From contig OY761556.1 of assembly GCA_963664705.1 (NCBI GenBank), forward strand, positions 5,376,001 through 5,440,000: 64,000 bases of DNA. Direction: 5' to 3'. The DNA is from Acidobacteriota bacterium (lineage in GTDB: Bacteria; Acidobacteriota; UBA6911). A model generated the notes under the pieces. That model was not told the origin of the DNA and did no database searches. It saw only the letters and a list, made by a program, of their open reading frames with translations. The position numbers were made by a program, and so were the translations under genes. The stretch's first letter is position 1; each line of letters starts with the position of its first letter. Shown here in pieces: positions 1 to 8,798 of the stretch.

Positions 1-163
1 GGCCACCGAGGCGAGCTCCGGTGACAAAAATATGCATCAGGAAATAGGCTAGAATTCCGAGACCGGAAAGCCGGTGAAGCGAATAGGCATACCGGTCGAA
101 GCCATAGCGGCCGCCACTGAGCCAGCCCCAGATTCCGAGATTGTTTTTCAGTCTGTTTTGCAT
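1..163 (-). CDS. sdhC: Succinate dehydrogenase/fumarate reductase cytochrome b subunit (5' part; runs off the window start)
   Basis: Manual translation from ATG at 163 gives MQNRLKNNLGIWGWLSGGRYGFDRYAYSLHRLSGLGILAYFLMHIFVTG, which has the SdhC 'LHRxSG' heme motif. GGAG RBS upstream; lies downstream of sdhA. Not in the ORF track. Confidence 0.85.
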   Translation of the reverse strand, partial: MQNRLKNNLGIWGWLSGGRYGFDRYAYSLHRLSGLGILAYFLMHIFVTGARLGG

Positions 164-180
164 AGGTGCTCCTTTGAAGG

Positions 181-266
181 AGGAGTCAGAAGTCAGGAAT
201 CGGGAGTCAGAAGAAAGAACCGATTTGCCTTTCCTCCGGCTTCTGGCTCATGACTCCTGGCTTCTG
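181..266. repeat. Palindromic element built of heptamer arrays (AGGAGTC-like units / GACTCCT-like units)
   Basis: AGGAGTC AGAAGTC AGGAATC GGGAGTC AGAAG ... CTTCTGG CTCATGA CTCCTGG CTTCTG; same unit as at 62157-62230 and 62448-62514. Confidence 0.8.
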
Positions 267-269
267 CCC

Positions 270-1988
270 TTAATATTTCCTTTCCACCGGTGTCCAGGTA
301 TTAATAGTGACCGACTTATATTCCAGTTTCGGCCCCTGGTCTGTGCGGAATGCCAGTGTGTGCTTCAACCATTTGGCATCATCGCGGTCTGGATAATCTC
401 TGCGAGCATGGCCGCCACGGGATTCAGTTCTTTCCAGCGCGCCGAGTACCATGGCTTCCGCCAGATCCAACAGGTTACCGAGTTCCAATGCATGATAAAG
501 ATTGGTGTTATAGATGGTCCCCTTGTCGCCAATGCCGATGTTGGCATAACGCTTTCTCAGCGATTTCACCTTATCGAGAGCGACACTCAGTTCCTGGCCG
601 GTGCGGAATACGCCGACATTTACATCCATGCACTTGCGAAGCTCACGTTTGAGATCGTAAGGGTTCTCTGTTCCATTGCGTTTCATGAGGTCATTGACAA
701 TCCGGTTGTATTCGCCGGTTACGCGCAATTCTGGAACAGCCGCGACCTGGGCTGTTGCATCGCAGTACTTGGCTGCTTCGGCTCCGGAGATCTTGCCCCA
801 AACCAGGCACTCGGCCGTGGAGTTGGACCCGAGCCGATTTGCTCCGTGGAGACTGACGCAGGCAGCCTCGCCTGCGGCGTAAATCCCTTTAACGCGGGTC
901 TCAGCTTTGATGTTGGTTTCAATCCCGCCCATGGAATAGTGGGCAACGGGCCGGCAGGGGATCGGTTCCTTGATAGGATCCAGATCATTGAATTCAATGC
1001 AAACCTCACGAATCAGAGGCAGCTGTTCATTGATTTGCTTGGCTCCGAGATGGCGTAAATCAAGATAGATATAATCCAGGCCATCCGGTCCTTTGTAGCC
1101 GCGGCCTTCCTCGATTTCGATCATTTCGGATCTGGAAATGAGATCACGGGGCGCCAGCTCGAGTTTGGAGGGCGCATACTTGTTCATGAAGCGGTCGCCC
1201 TTGCTGTTGACAAGATAGCCGCCTTCACCACGGCATGCTTCGGTGATAAGAATTCCGGATGGAACCAGACCGGTAGGATGGAATTGCAAAAATTCCATGT
1301 CCTCCAGTGGAAGGCCGGCCTGATAAGCCAATGCCATCCCGTCGCCCGTTACTGTCTGGGAATAGGTTGTGAATCCGAAAAGAGTTCCTGCCCCGCCGGT
1401 GGCGATGATCAAGGCCTTGCCGCGAATCACCTTGAACTGACCGGTGGTCATATCAAAGGTGGTGATGCCGCAGAACTGATTGTTCTCGATAAGAATCGAA
1501 GTAACGAAGTGCTCGTTGTAATGCTTGGCGTTATTGTACTGGAGCAGTGTGTCGTAGAGCGTCTGCATTTCGAAGAAGCCCGTTTTGTCCTGCGCCAGAA
1601 CGGCACGCGGGTAGCTATGTCCGCCAAACGGGCGCTGCGCAATGTGACCGTCCGGTCGACGAGTCCACGGGATTCCCCAATGGTCCAACTGGAGAATTTC
1701 TGATGGTATCGTGCGGACAAAAAGGTCCACGACATCCTGATCGGCCAGGAAATCGGATCCTTTGACTGTATCCCATGCATGCAATTCGATGCTGTCCCCA
1801 TCTTCGGGACGCAAAACAGCGGCCGTTCCACCTTCTGCCGCGACTGAATGGGCGCGCATCAGCTGATTTTTGGATATAACGGCAATGTCGATTTTTCCGT
1901 GTGCTACACGGGATGCTTCAATCGCTGCCCGTAAACCAGCCAGGCCCGCTCCGAGAATTATGAGATCATGAGTGAAAACATCGCCCAT
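270..1988 (-). CDS. sdhA: Succinate dehydrogenase/fumarate reductase flavoprotein subunit
   Basis: GAGLAG FAD motif, covalent-FAD His in RAHSVAAEGG, QFHPTG, HGANRLGSNS, ESRGGH; AAAGGAGG RBS. Confidence 0.96.
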   Translation of the reverse strand: MGDVFTHDLIILGAGLAGLRAAIEASRVAHGKIDIAVISKNQLMRAHSVAAEGGTAAVLRPEDGDSIELHAWDTVKGSDFLADQDVVDLFVRTIPSEILQLDHWGIPWTRRPDGHIAQRPFGGHSYPRAVLAQDKTGFFEMQTLYDTLLQYNNAKHYNEHFVTSILIENNQFCGITTFDMTTGQFKVIRGKALIIATGGAGTLFGFTTYSQTVTGDGMALAYQAGLPLEDMEFLQFHPTGLVPSGILITEACRGEGGYLVNSKGDRFMNKYAPSKLELAPRDLISRSEMIEIEEGRGYKGPDGLDYIYLDLRHLGAKQINEQLPLIREVCIEFNDLDPIKEPIPCRPVAHYSMGGIETNIKAETRVKGIYAAGEAACVSLHGANRLGSNSTAECLVWGKISGAEAAKYCDATAQVAAVPELRVTGEYNRIVNDLMKRNGTENPYDLKRELRKCMDVNVGVFRTGQELSVALDKVKSLRKRYANIGIGDKGTIYNTNLYHALELGNLLDLAEAMVLGALERTESRGGHARRDYPDRDDAKWLKHTLAFRTDQGPKLEYKSVTINTWTPVERKY

Positions 1989-2290
1989 GCGAAGCCTCCT
2001 TTCCTACTTGCGAAGAAACTCAAGCTCACGGAAGGCGACGTGCATGATTCCATCGGAATCCGTTGCTTGAAAATAAAATAAAAGCCGATGTAATTCTGAA
2101 TCTAAGTCCTATGTCGTTGATGCGTAAACCGCCAAAACTTGCACACCCTGCCGTGTGACCCCCTTCGTGTAGTCGTGATCCAAGTGCTGCCTTTCGTTTG
2201 GGAATTGGACCGTGGAAGTCGAACGCCAGAGACTAAAACAGAATTCTGCTGCCGACTACGTTAACCTGTATTCTGCTTGTGCTCGTGGTT

Positions 2291-3502
2291 TCAACCTTTC
2301 TGTTGCAGGTACTGCGTCAAACCGGCGGCAAATGCTTCAACGGCTTCCTCAATTTCACTTTTCTTCAATACAAATGCGAATCGTGCCTTTTGAATCCCCT
2401 GGGAGTTCTGCATATAAAAGCCGGCTGCAGGTGCAATGAAGGTGGTGCGCTGCTTATGAGAGAACTGTGCCAGAAGATAGGAGGCAAAATGCTCCGCGTT
2501 GGCGACAGGAAGCTGCGCGACTGTGTAGAAAGCTCCCTTCGGCTTTTGCACCGCAACATCGGGCACATTTTTCAAAGCATTGTACAGGGCATCCCGTCGC
2601 AGCCGGAATTCATTCCGGGCCTGTTCAAGGTAATCGTCTTTTATGCGGTCCAGCATATATGCCGCGGCGAATTGATCAATCGTCGGGGCGGCCAGGCGGG
2701 CCTGCGCAATATTCAGCGACTTTGCCAGCAATTCCTCGTTGCTGGTGAGAAGACACCCTATCCGGGCCCCGCATAGGCTGAATCTTTTTGACAGGCTGTC
2801 TACAACTACCACGCGCTTGTTCGACGGAGCCAGGTGGAGGATGGAAATAGGCTTGAGATCGTCGTATACGAATTCCCGGTAAGTTTCATCCAAAATAAGG
2901 AAGATATTGTGTTCTTCACAGATTTCGAGGAGAAAGCGGAGTTCTTCCCTGCTGTAAACCGTTCCGGTCGGGTTGTTCGGATTGCAAAGAAGAATGGCGC
3001 GGGTGCGATTGGTTATGCACTTTTCAATCTGATCTCGGGCGGGAAGAGCAAAATTGTCTTCCATATTGCTGAGAACCGGGACGAGAGTCACTCCGGAAAT
3101 CGCTGCAAACCCCAGGTAATTGGCATAGGTCGGATCAAAGATGATGACTTCATCCCCGGGATCGCAGCAGGTCATAAAGAGGAAGACCAAAGCCTCACTG
3201 GCTCCCACTGTGATCAGAAACTGCTCCGGCGTAGTGTCGAGTTGAAGGGTCTTATTGATATACCGCGACCAGGCGGCACAAAGCCCCTCGTGTCCCTGGG
3301 ACTGTTCATAGGCTACGACCTTATTTTTAAAGGCTTTAAGCCCATCAAAGAACTCATCGGGAGATTCGATGTCCGGCTGTCCGATATTCAGGTGATAGAC
3401 ATGAATTCCGGATTTCTTGGCATCCGTAGCCAGATGCGCCAGCTTTCGAATAGGGGATGGTGGAGTGTTATGCGCGCGGTTTGATAGTTTTATAGACATC
3501 AT
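2291..3502 (-). CDS. PLP-dependent aminotransferase class I/II (aspartate aminotransferase-like)
   Basis: LNIGQPD, CNPNNPTG, DETY, SLSKRFSLCGARIG PLP-Lys motif. Confidence 0.93.
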   Translation of the reverse strand: MMSIKLSNRAHNTPPSPIRKLAHLATDAKKSGIHVYHLNIGQPDIESPDEFFDGLKAFKNKVVAYEQSQGHEGLCAAWSRYINKTLQLDTTPEQFLITVGASEALVFLFMTCCDPGDEVIIFDPTYANYLGFAAISGVTLVPVLSNMEDNFALPARDQIEKCITNRTRAILLCNPNNPTGTVYSREELRFLLEICEEHNIFLILDETYREFVYDDLKPISILHLAPSNKRVVVVDSLSKRFSLCGARIGCLLTSNEELLAKSLNIAQARLAAPTIDQFAAAYMLDRIKDDYLEQARNEFRLRRDALYNALKNVPDVAVQKPKGAFYTVAQLPVANAEHFASYLLAQFSHKQRTTFIAPAAGFYMQNSQGIQKARFAFVLKKSEIEEAVEAFAAGLTQYLQQKG

Positions 3503-3843
3503 AGTCGTTCTCCGCCACCAGATGTGATCGGGGAATTGGAAGACTAAACCTTTCTGGCCCCGCGATCAATATGGAAAATCGGGAAGGGAGTCTTTGCCAC
3601 CTGATTTCCTCCAGCTTTAACATTATCGTGCAACCCCAATCTAAAAATTAGAAAATCGGAAACGTCCAACCGGTTTACCCGATTTTATGGGCTTCCGGTG
3701 ACGATAAGGATCCTGGAAAGTGGCTGTACGCGACGAATCATTCTGTTTTTTGCGCTCGCGGGTATGCAATTTTCTTTCACCGTCATTTCTTTTTGTGCAT
3801 TGGCCTGGAAATGGTATAAATGCACCATCAATGGAGGGTTTGC

Positions 3844-4749
3844 ATGGTTCGATCCGTTACGCTTGCTTGCGCGCTACTTGCTGTTTTATTCGCTTCTCAG
3901 GGAATTGCTGAAGACAAGGAAGGCTGCAAAGACCATCCCATGTTCAGCCGTATGCCCAACTATGAGATTTATAGCTGCACCACAGTTCAGTTTGAAGCGG
4001 TGGATTTTGCAAAACCCGGCCGGAAGCAATATGAGAGTCAAGAGGACTTTGAAACGGTGGAAGGTTCTGTTTTCTTTGTCAGCTACGGATTGAAGGAAGG
4101 TGCTACGCCTCCCAGTGCCTTGCAGGTTATTCGAAATTTCCAAAATGCCGCAAAGGCCGCAGGCGGTGTAGTCACCGGTGATTTTCCCAATGCCAATACT
4201 CTTCGGGACACCGCAGCCAAATACATGGTCGAATCACCCGGTGGAACCTCCTATGAACGCCTTACCAACCTGAAATTTACCAAGGGGGACAAGGAGACCT
4301 TCGTCACGGTGGCCGCCAGCGCTGCTTACAACGATTATAGTATCCTCATTGTCGAACGCCAGGCGATGACCCAGGATATATCAGTCAACGAGCTTGTAGA
4401 TAAGTTGAACAAAGATGGGTTTATTACGCTATACGTCAATTTTGACACAAACAAAGCGGTTATTAAGCCGGAATCCGGCAAAACACTGGACGATGCGGCG
4501 AATGTTCTTAAGGCAGCCGCCACCTTATCTATCATCGTGGGCGGGCATACGGACAATGTTGGGGCGCCTGAGGCGAACCTGAAGCTTTCCGATGAACGGG
4601 CAAAGGCCGTCGCTGCGGCTCTCGTTCAGCGGGGAATTGCGGCCGATCGTCTCACCGCAAAGGGTTTCGGACAGACTCAACCCATTGCCGACAACCGCAC
4701 GGAGGAGGGTCGGGGCAAAAACCGCCGCGTTGAATTGGTAAAAAAGTAG
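3844..4749 (+). CDS. OmpA-family peptidoglycan-binding exported protein
   Basis: Signal peptide. C-terminal OmpA domain (NFDTNKA, GHTDNVG, NLKLSDERA, NRRVEL). Start chosen at ATG 3844 after GGAGG. Confidence 0.9.
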   Translation: MVRSVTLACALLAVLFASQGIAEDKEGCKDHPMFSRMPNYEIYSCTTVQFEAVDFAKPGRKQYESQEDFETVEGSVFFVSYGLKEGATPPSALQVIRNFQNAAKAAGGVVTGDFPNANTLRDTAAKYMVESPGGTSYERLTNLKFTKGDKETFVTVAASAAYNDYSILIVERQAMTQDISVNELVDKLNKDGFITLYVNFDTNKAVIKPESGKTLDDAANVLKAAATLSIIVGGHTDNVGAPEANLKLSDERAKAVAAALVQRGIAADRLTAKGFGQTQPIADNRTEEGRGKNRRVELVKK

Positions 4750-4895
4750 ATGTTTAAACGCACGGGGGGCCTGCACGTGCAGGAGACTCCCGGGTTTGGA
4801 TTCGGTGGTAAGTTAAATTTCCTATCTGGTCGAAGTCTTGGATTTGTCTTAAACTTCTTGAATTGGTTGAAAGCCGGTCTATAGGGAACGCCAAA

Positions 4896-4922
4896 GGAAC
4901 GGCTTTTGATTTTTTGGGTCAA
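4896..4922 (+). promoter_or_regulatory. Putative ECF-sigma promoter of sod (GGAAC-N17-GTCAA)
   Basis: ggaac ggcttttgattttttgg gtcaa, ending 27 nt before the start codon. Confidence 0.5.
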
Positions 4923-4949
4923 GCTGAATGCAGGTAAAAGGAGGAGAGA

Positions 4950-5534
4950 ATGGCGTACCAGGCTGTAAATTATGAAAAACTGTTGGGAACCGAGGGGTTG
5001 AGCAATCAGCTGTTGACGAACCACTTCACCCTTTACGGCGGCTATGTGACGAACACAAACAAGCTGATCGATGAATTATCGGAGCTTGAAAAACAGGGAA
5101 AGGCTGGAACTCCTCAATATGCGGAGCTGAAGCGGCGGTTCGGTTGGGAATTTGACGGGATGAGGCTTCATGAGCTCTATTTTGCCAATATGGCCAAGGG
5201 CGGCGTTGCGCTCGACAAGGCATCGAAGCTGGCAGCCAAAATCAATGAGGATTTTGGTTCCTACGAGAATTGGGAAAAAGCCTTTAAAGCCACCGGAGCA
5301 ATGCGCGGTATCGGTTGGGTCGTCCTCTATTATGATGCGGTCGGCAACAAGCTCCTGAATACCTGGATTGGCGAGCACGACACCGGTCACCTTGCGACGG
5401 CCACACCAATCCTTATCATGGATGTTTTCGAGCATGCGTTCATGATTGATTATGGGTTGAAGCGTGCTGACTACATCGAAGCATTCTTCAAAGCAATTGA
5501 TTGGTCGGTTGCCCAGAAGAGATGTGAAGGATAG
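4950..5534 (+). CDS. sod: Fe/Mn superoxide dismutase family protein (ChrC-like branch)
   Basis: HFTLYGGYV, LHELYF, GIGWV, DVFEHAF metal-ligand motif; AGGAGG RBS. Confidence 0.92.
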   Translation: MAYQAVNYEKLLGTEGLSNQLLTNHFTLYGGYVTNTNKLIDELSELEKQGKAGTPQYAELKRRFGWEFDGMRLHELYFANMAKGGVALDKASKLAAKINEDFGSYENWEKAFKATGAMRGIGWVVLYYDAVGNKLLNTWIGEHDTGHLATATPILIMDVFEHAFMIDYGLKRADYIEAFFKAIDWSVAQKRCEG

Positions 5535-5558
5535 CAAGAGGCCACAAACAGGAAATTT

Positions 5559-5601
5559 TGTGAAATTCGTGGCGGCATAATAGCCCGCCACGAATTTCGC
5601 A
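5559..5601. terminator. Long hairpin between convergent genes (bidirectional terminator or REP-like)
   Basis: tgtgaaattcgtggcgg ... ccgccacgaatttcgca, 17-nt arms with one G-U pair. Confidence 0.7.
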
Positions 5602-5606
5602 GGATG

Positions 5607-6362
5607 TCAGAGCATATCGTCAATGTGCGTGACAAGCACATGACCCAACTCAAATAATCGGCAGAACCCATTTCGCAGCTTCAGAACTACTTCCTTGGTC
5701 CGATCCTCTTCTTTAAAGCTCGTGGCAATCTGGTTTACCTGGTCTTTTAGATCCGAGTCTGTCAGCAAGGCAAACGCCTGAAACATCTCCACAATTCGAT
5801 ACAGAGCGTTGATTAGGTGCTCCCAGTCGGAAGTCGCTGCTTTTGCGCCCGCGGCAAAGCGCTGTTCAATCTGGCGGATAGCAGGAGTCATTATCTGATC
5901 CTGGTCGAGCGCAATGGTGATAAGGCCGAGCAGCGGGAAACAGGCGCGCAATGCGGCGGCGGAACGCTCCACGGGACCGGCCGATTCTGTGCTTAGATGA
6001 ACCTGATCATCTACTTTGCCAATGAGGGCTGATGCCTCCGGATTTCCCTCGGTCAATTGATGGCTCAGAGTATTCAGGCTGTTGTATATGGAGAATGAGG
6101 CGTTGATGAGATGGTCCCGGAATTCCGTTGCCCGGGCGGCTCCCTCGCGAAAAATTGATAGGCGTTGATCGATCAATGAGTTATACCGCTCATCCCTATC
6201 GATGGTCTTTGACAGTGCCATCAAAACCTCGACCGACTGGTAAGCGGCCGCCACAGTCTGACCTTCCGCATCTCCTTCCTTATCTGCATATTGCTCAAGG
6301 TAATCTCGCCAGAGTTGCATCAAGAACGGACCCGATTTTCCCTGCCCGGGTGGATAGATCAT
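5607..6362 (-). CDS. Hypothetical all-helical protein with ~49-aa internal repeats
   Basis: 251-aa ORF with GGAG RBS. F..GA..AT....HLINA occurs twice, 98 aa apart. Confidence 0.75.
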   Translation of the reverse strand: MIYPPGQGKSGPFLMQLWRDYLEQYADKEGDAEGQTVAAAYQSVEVLMALSKTIDRDERYNSLIDQRLSIFREGAARATEFRDHLINASFSIYNSLNTLSHQLTEGNPEASALIGKVDDQVHLSTESAGPVERSAAALRACFPLLGLITIALDQDQIMTPAIRQIEQRFAAGAKAATSDWEHLINALYRIVEMFQAFALLTDSDLKDQVNQIATSFKEEDRTKEVVLKLRNGFCRLFELGHVLVTHIDDML

Positions 6363-6456
6363 AAAGGACTCCCTTTTAACTGTGACGACTCCTGAATGCC
6401 GAGTTCACGGCATATCATAATTCCCTGACACCCTCCTAGGATATAATATCAATCCC

Positions 6457-7425
6457 ATGTTTAAGATCAGGGATGTAGTGATAGATCCGCCGTTGATTTT
6501 GGCCCCTGTTGCCGGGCATACAGACTCGTTGTTCAGACAGGCAGTCAAGAGCCTGGGAGGCTGCGGTCTCGTTGTCTCGGAGCTGGTCAGCACGGAGGGA
6601 ATGACACGTCACCAGGCGCGTAGTGAGCATTTGACCCGTTTTGAGGATTGCGAAAGGCCTGTTTCCATACAGATTTTTGGCAGCGACCCCGTGCGCATGG
6701 CCGAATCGGCAGTCATGGTCGAGGCGATGGGCGCAGATATTGTAGACATCAACCTTGGCTGCCCGGTGAAGAAGGTTGTCCGGCAGGGTGGTGGAAGCAA
6801 CCTGCTCCGTGATCTTCCCTTGCTTGAAAGGATATTCAAGGCTGTGCGGCAGGCTATCAAAGCGCCGCTTACGGCCAAAATCCGAACCGGTTGGGACCGC
6901 AATTCTATCAATGCCACCGAAGTTGTCAAACTTGCGGAAGGCTGTGGAATTGAAGGGATCGCTATTCACGGCCGGACGCGGTGCGACATGTTTGCCGGAC
7001 AGGCTGACTGGAACGTGATCGCGGAGGTCAAAAAAAATGCCGGTATACCCGTAATCGGAAATGGGGATGTCTTTTCTCCATCAGATGCGGAAAGAATGTT
7101 CCAGTCCACAGGCGTCGATGGAGTCATGCTGGGACGGGGAGTTCTCAGCAACCCATGGCTGATCCGGCAATGCTGGGACTATTTAAGCGGCAAGGAGGTC
7201 CGGCAGACAAGTTTTGCAGAAAAGGCAGAATTCATGGTGCAATTCCTGCAAAAAGTCCATCGGGAGGCGCCGGCTCCCGTAGCTCTGGGCAAGATGAAGA
7301 AGATAGGAGGGTACCTCTCCAAAGGATTCCCCGGCAGCACACACCTTCGCGCCCACCTTCATGGCTCAAGTACAACCGCAGAGTTTTTTGAAGTATTGGC
7401 GGAATACTTCCGTCATTTGCAATAA
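6457..7425 (+). CDS. dusB: tRNA-dihydrouridine synthase B
   Basis: LAPVAG, DINLGCPV, IHGRT, IGNGDV, GVMLGRG. Confidence 0.93.
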   Translation: MFKIRDVVIDPPLILAPVAGHTDSLFRQAVKSLGGCGLVVSELVSTEGMTRHQARSEHLTRFEDCERPVSIQIFGSDPVRMAESAVMVEAMGADIVDINLGCPVKKVVRQGGGSNLLRDLPLLERIFKAVRQAIKAPLTAKIRTGWDRNSINATEVVKLAEGCGIEGIAIHGRTRCDMFAGQADWNVIAEVKKNAGIPVIGNGDVFSPSDAERMFQSTGVDGVMLGRGVLSNPWLIRQCWDYLSGKEVRQTSFAEKAEFMVQFLQKVHREAPAPVALGKMKKIGGYLSKGFPGSTHLRAHLHGSSTTAEFFEVLAEYFRHLQ

Positions 7426-7446
7426 AGAGCGACAACAGAGAGTTGA

Positions 7447-8241
7447 TTATGCCAGGCCTTTGCGCTTGCGTCTCCAGCCGAAGATGGCGGCGACTCCAAT
7501 ACTGATGATGTAAAGCAGTATCATGGGAGCGGACCAGACCATCAGGTTGAAAGCATCTCCGGTCGGGGATATCACAGCCGCAAGGATGACGATGCCGATC
7601 ATGGCATATCTGAATTTGTCCCACAGGAATTTCGCGGAAACCAGACCAAAGATCGACAGGAATGCGACGATCACCGGCATTTCGAAAATCAGGCCCAAAC
7701 CCAGGATCATCATGTTCGTAAAATCAAGATACTCGTCAATCTTGATCATGGGGTCGAAGGCGGCCCCCATCTCATTCAGGAATTTGAATGTTGTCGGAAG
7801 AATAATGAAGTAGCAGAAGGCTGCGCCCAGGAGAAACAGCAGGATTGAAGAGACAAGAAAAGGGACTACATAGCGCTTTTCCTTCTGGTAGAGTCCCGGC
7901 GCGATAAACTTCCAGATCTCGTATAGAATAAAGGGAATGGTAACGAAGATTCCCGCCACAAAGGCGACCTTCATGTATACCGTGAACGGATCGGTTATGG
8001 ATGTATAGACGAGATGCTTCCCGGGAGGAAGCGTCTTGGTCATTGGGGCTGCCAGGAAATTATAGATTTTCTGGTGAAAGAACCAACTGACGAGGAAGCC
8101 TACACCGACATAGGCGGCGATGTGGACAAGGCGCTTGCGCAGTTCGTCAAGGTGTTCCAGAAAGGACATCTTTCCGGATTCGTGTTCTTCCGGTGCGGAA
8201 GATCCGGTTTCAGCCTCCAACTCCGTTCGTACATCACTCAT
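7447..8241 (-). CDS. tatC: Sec-independent translocase TatC
   Basis: MSFLEHLDELRKRL, WKFIAPGLY, FEMP, 6 TM segments. Confidence 0.96.
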   Translation of the reverse strand: MSDVRTELEAETGSSAPEEHESGKMSFLEHLDELRKRLVHIAAYVGVGFLVSWFFHQKIYNFLAAPMTKTLPPGKHLVYTSITDPFTVYMKVAFVAGIFVTIPFILYEIWKFIAPGLYQKEKRYVVPFLVSSILLFLLGAAFCYFIILPTTFKFLNEMGAAFDPMIKIDEYLDFTNMMILGLGLIFEMPVIVAFLSIFGLVSAKFLWDKFRYAMIGIVILAAVISPTGDAFNLMVWSAPMILLYIISIGVAAIFGWRRKRKGLA

Positions 8242-8525
8242 TGATTCTCTTTTGACCCTGCCGACTCTGCGGAGTTGCTGGCGTCATCCCCGAGGATATC
8301 TGATTTTTTAATCGTGCTGTCCTTGAGGATCTCGGACACCTGCTCTTTTTCTTTATCGATCCGGACTTCATCTTCCCAGGTCTGCTTCAGCTCATTGGAT
8401 GCCCTCTTGAACTCGGCCAAGCCCTTGCCCAGGGTCTTTCCAAGTTCCGGCAATTTTCGAGGGCCGAAGATGATCAGTGCAAGAACAAAGATGATGATAA
8501 TTTCTTGCATTCCCAAGGAGCCCAT
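8238..8525 (-). CDS. tatA: TatA/TatB family translocase subunit
   Basis: MGSLGMQEIIIIFVLALIIFGPRKLPELGKTLGKGLAEFK; overlaps the tatC start; could be TatB. Confidence 0.88.
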   Translation of the reverse strand: MGSLGMQEIIIIFVLALIIFGPRKLPELGKTLGKGLAEFKRASNELKQTWEDEVRIDKEKEQVSEILKDSTIKKSDILGDDASNSAESAGSKENQ

Positions 8526-8575
8526 AGCATCACCTACTTTCTCGGCTTCTTCCCTGCCTCTGATAACGTGGTTCA

Positions 8576-8604
8576 AGTCTAATTTAGGGTCATCCGGAAG
8601 TCAA
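8576..8604 (-). promoter_or_regulatory. Sigma70-type promoter of tatAC
   Basis: TTGACT-N17-TAGACT on the minus strand. Confidence 0.6.
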
Positions 8605-8798
8605 TGCGGGATCCTTCGTGCCGGTGATCAATGTTTCGGACAGCTCTTTTTGCCCTTTTGAACCGTTATCCGGGCGACTACCATATTCAATGGATGGGCA
8701 GACGATCGCATTGTGGCCGGGAAGCTCGATCTTGTAACCCTTTAACGCTGCATGATATACTCTGTCCGCTTAGATGTACCACGTGGAGCCAACCCTTT

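Noticed and set aside
141-1058. 305-aa plus-strand ORF and other long antisense ORFs (15126-15842, 17736-18398, 19613-20608, 25841-26587, 30794-31696, 61391-62134)
   Set aside because: Shadows of well-supported genes on the opposite strand; no motifs or RBS
2169-2259. tRNA interpretation of the cloverleaf-like fold (contains GTTCGAC)
   Set aside because: Arm order and lengths do not fit D, anticodon and T arms; no CCA end
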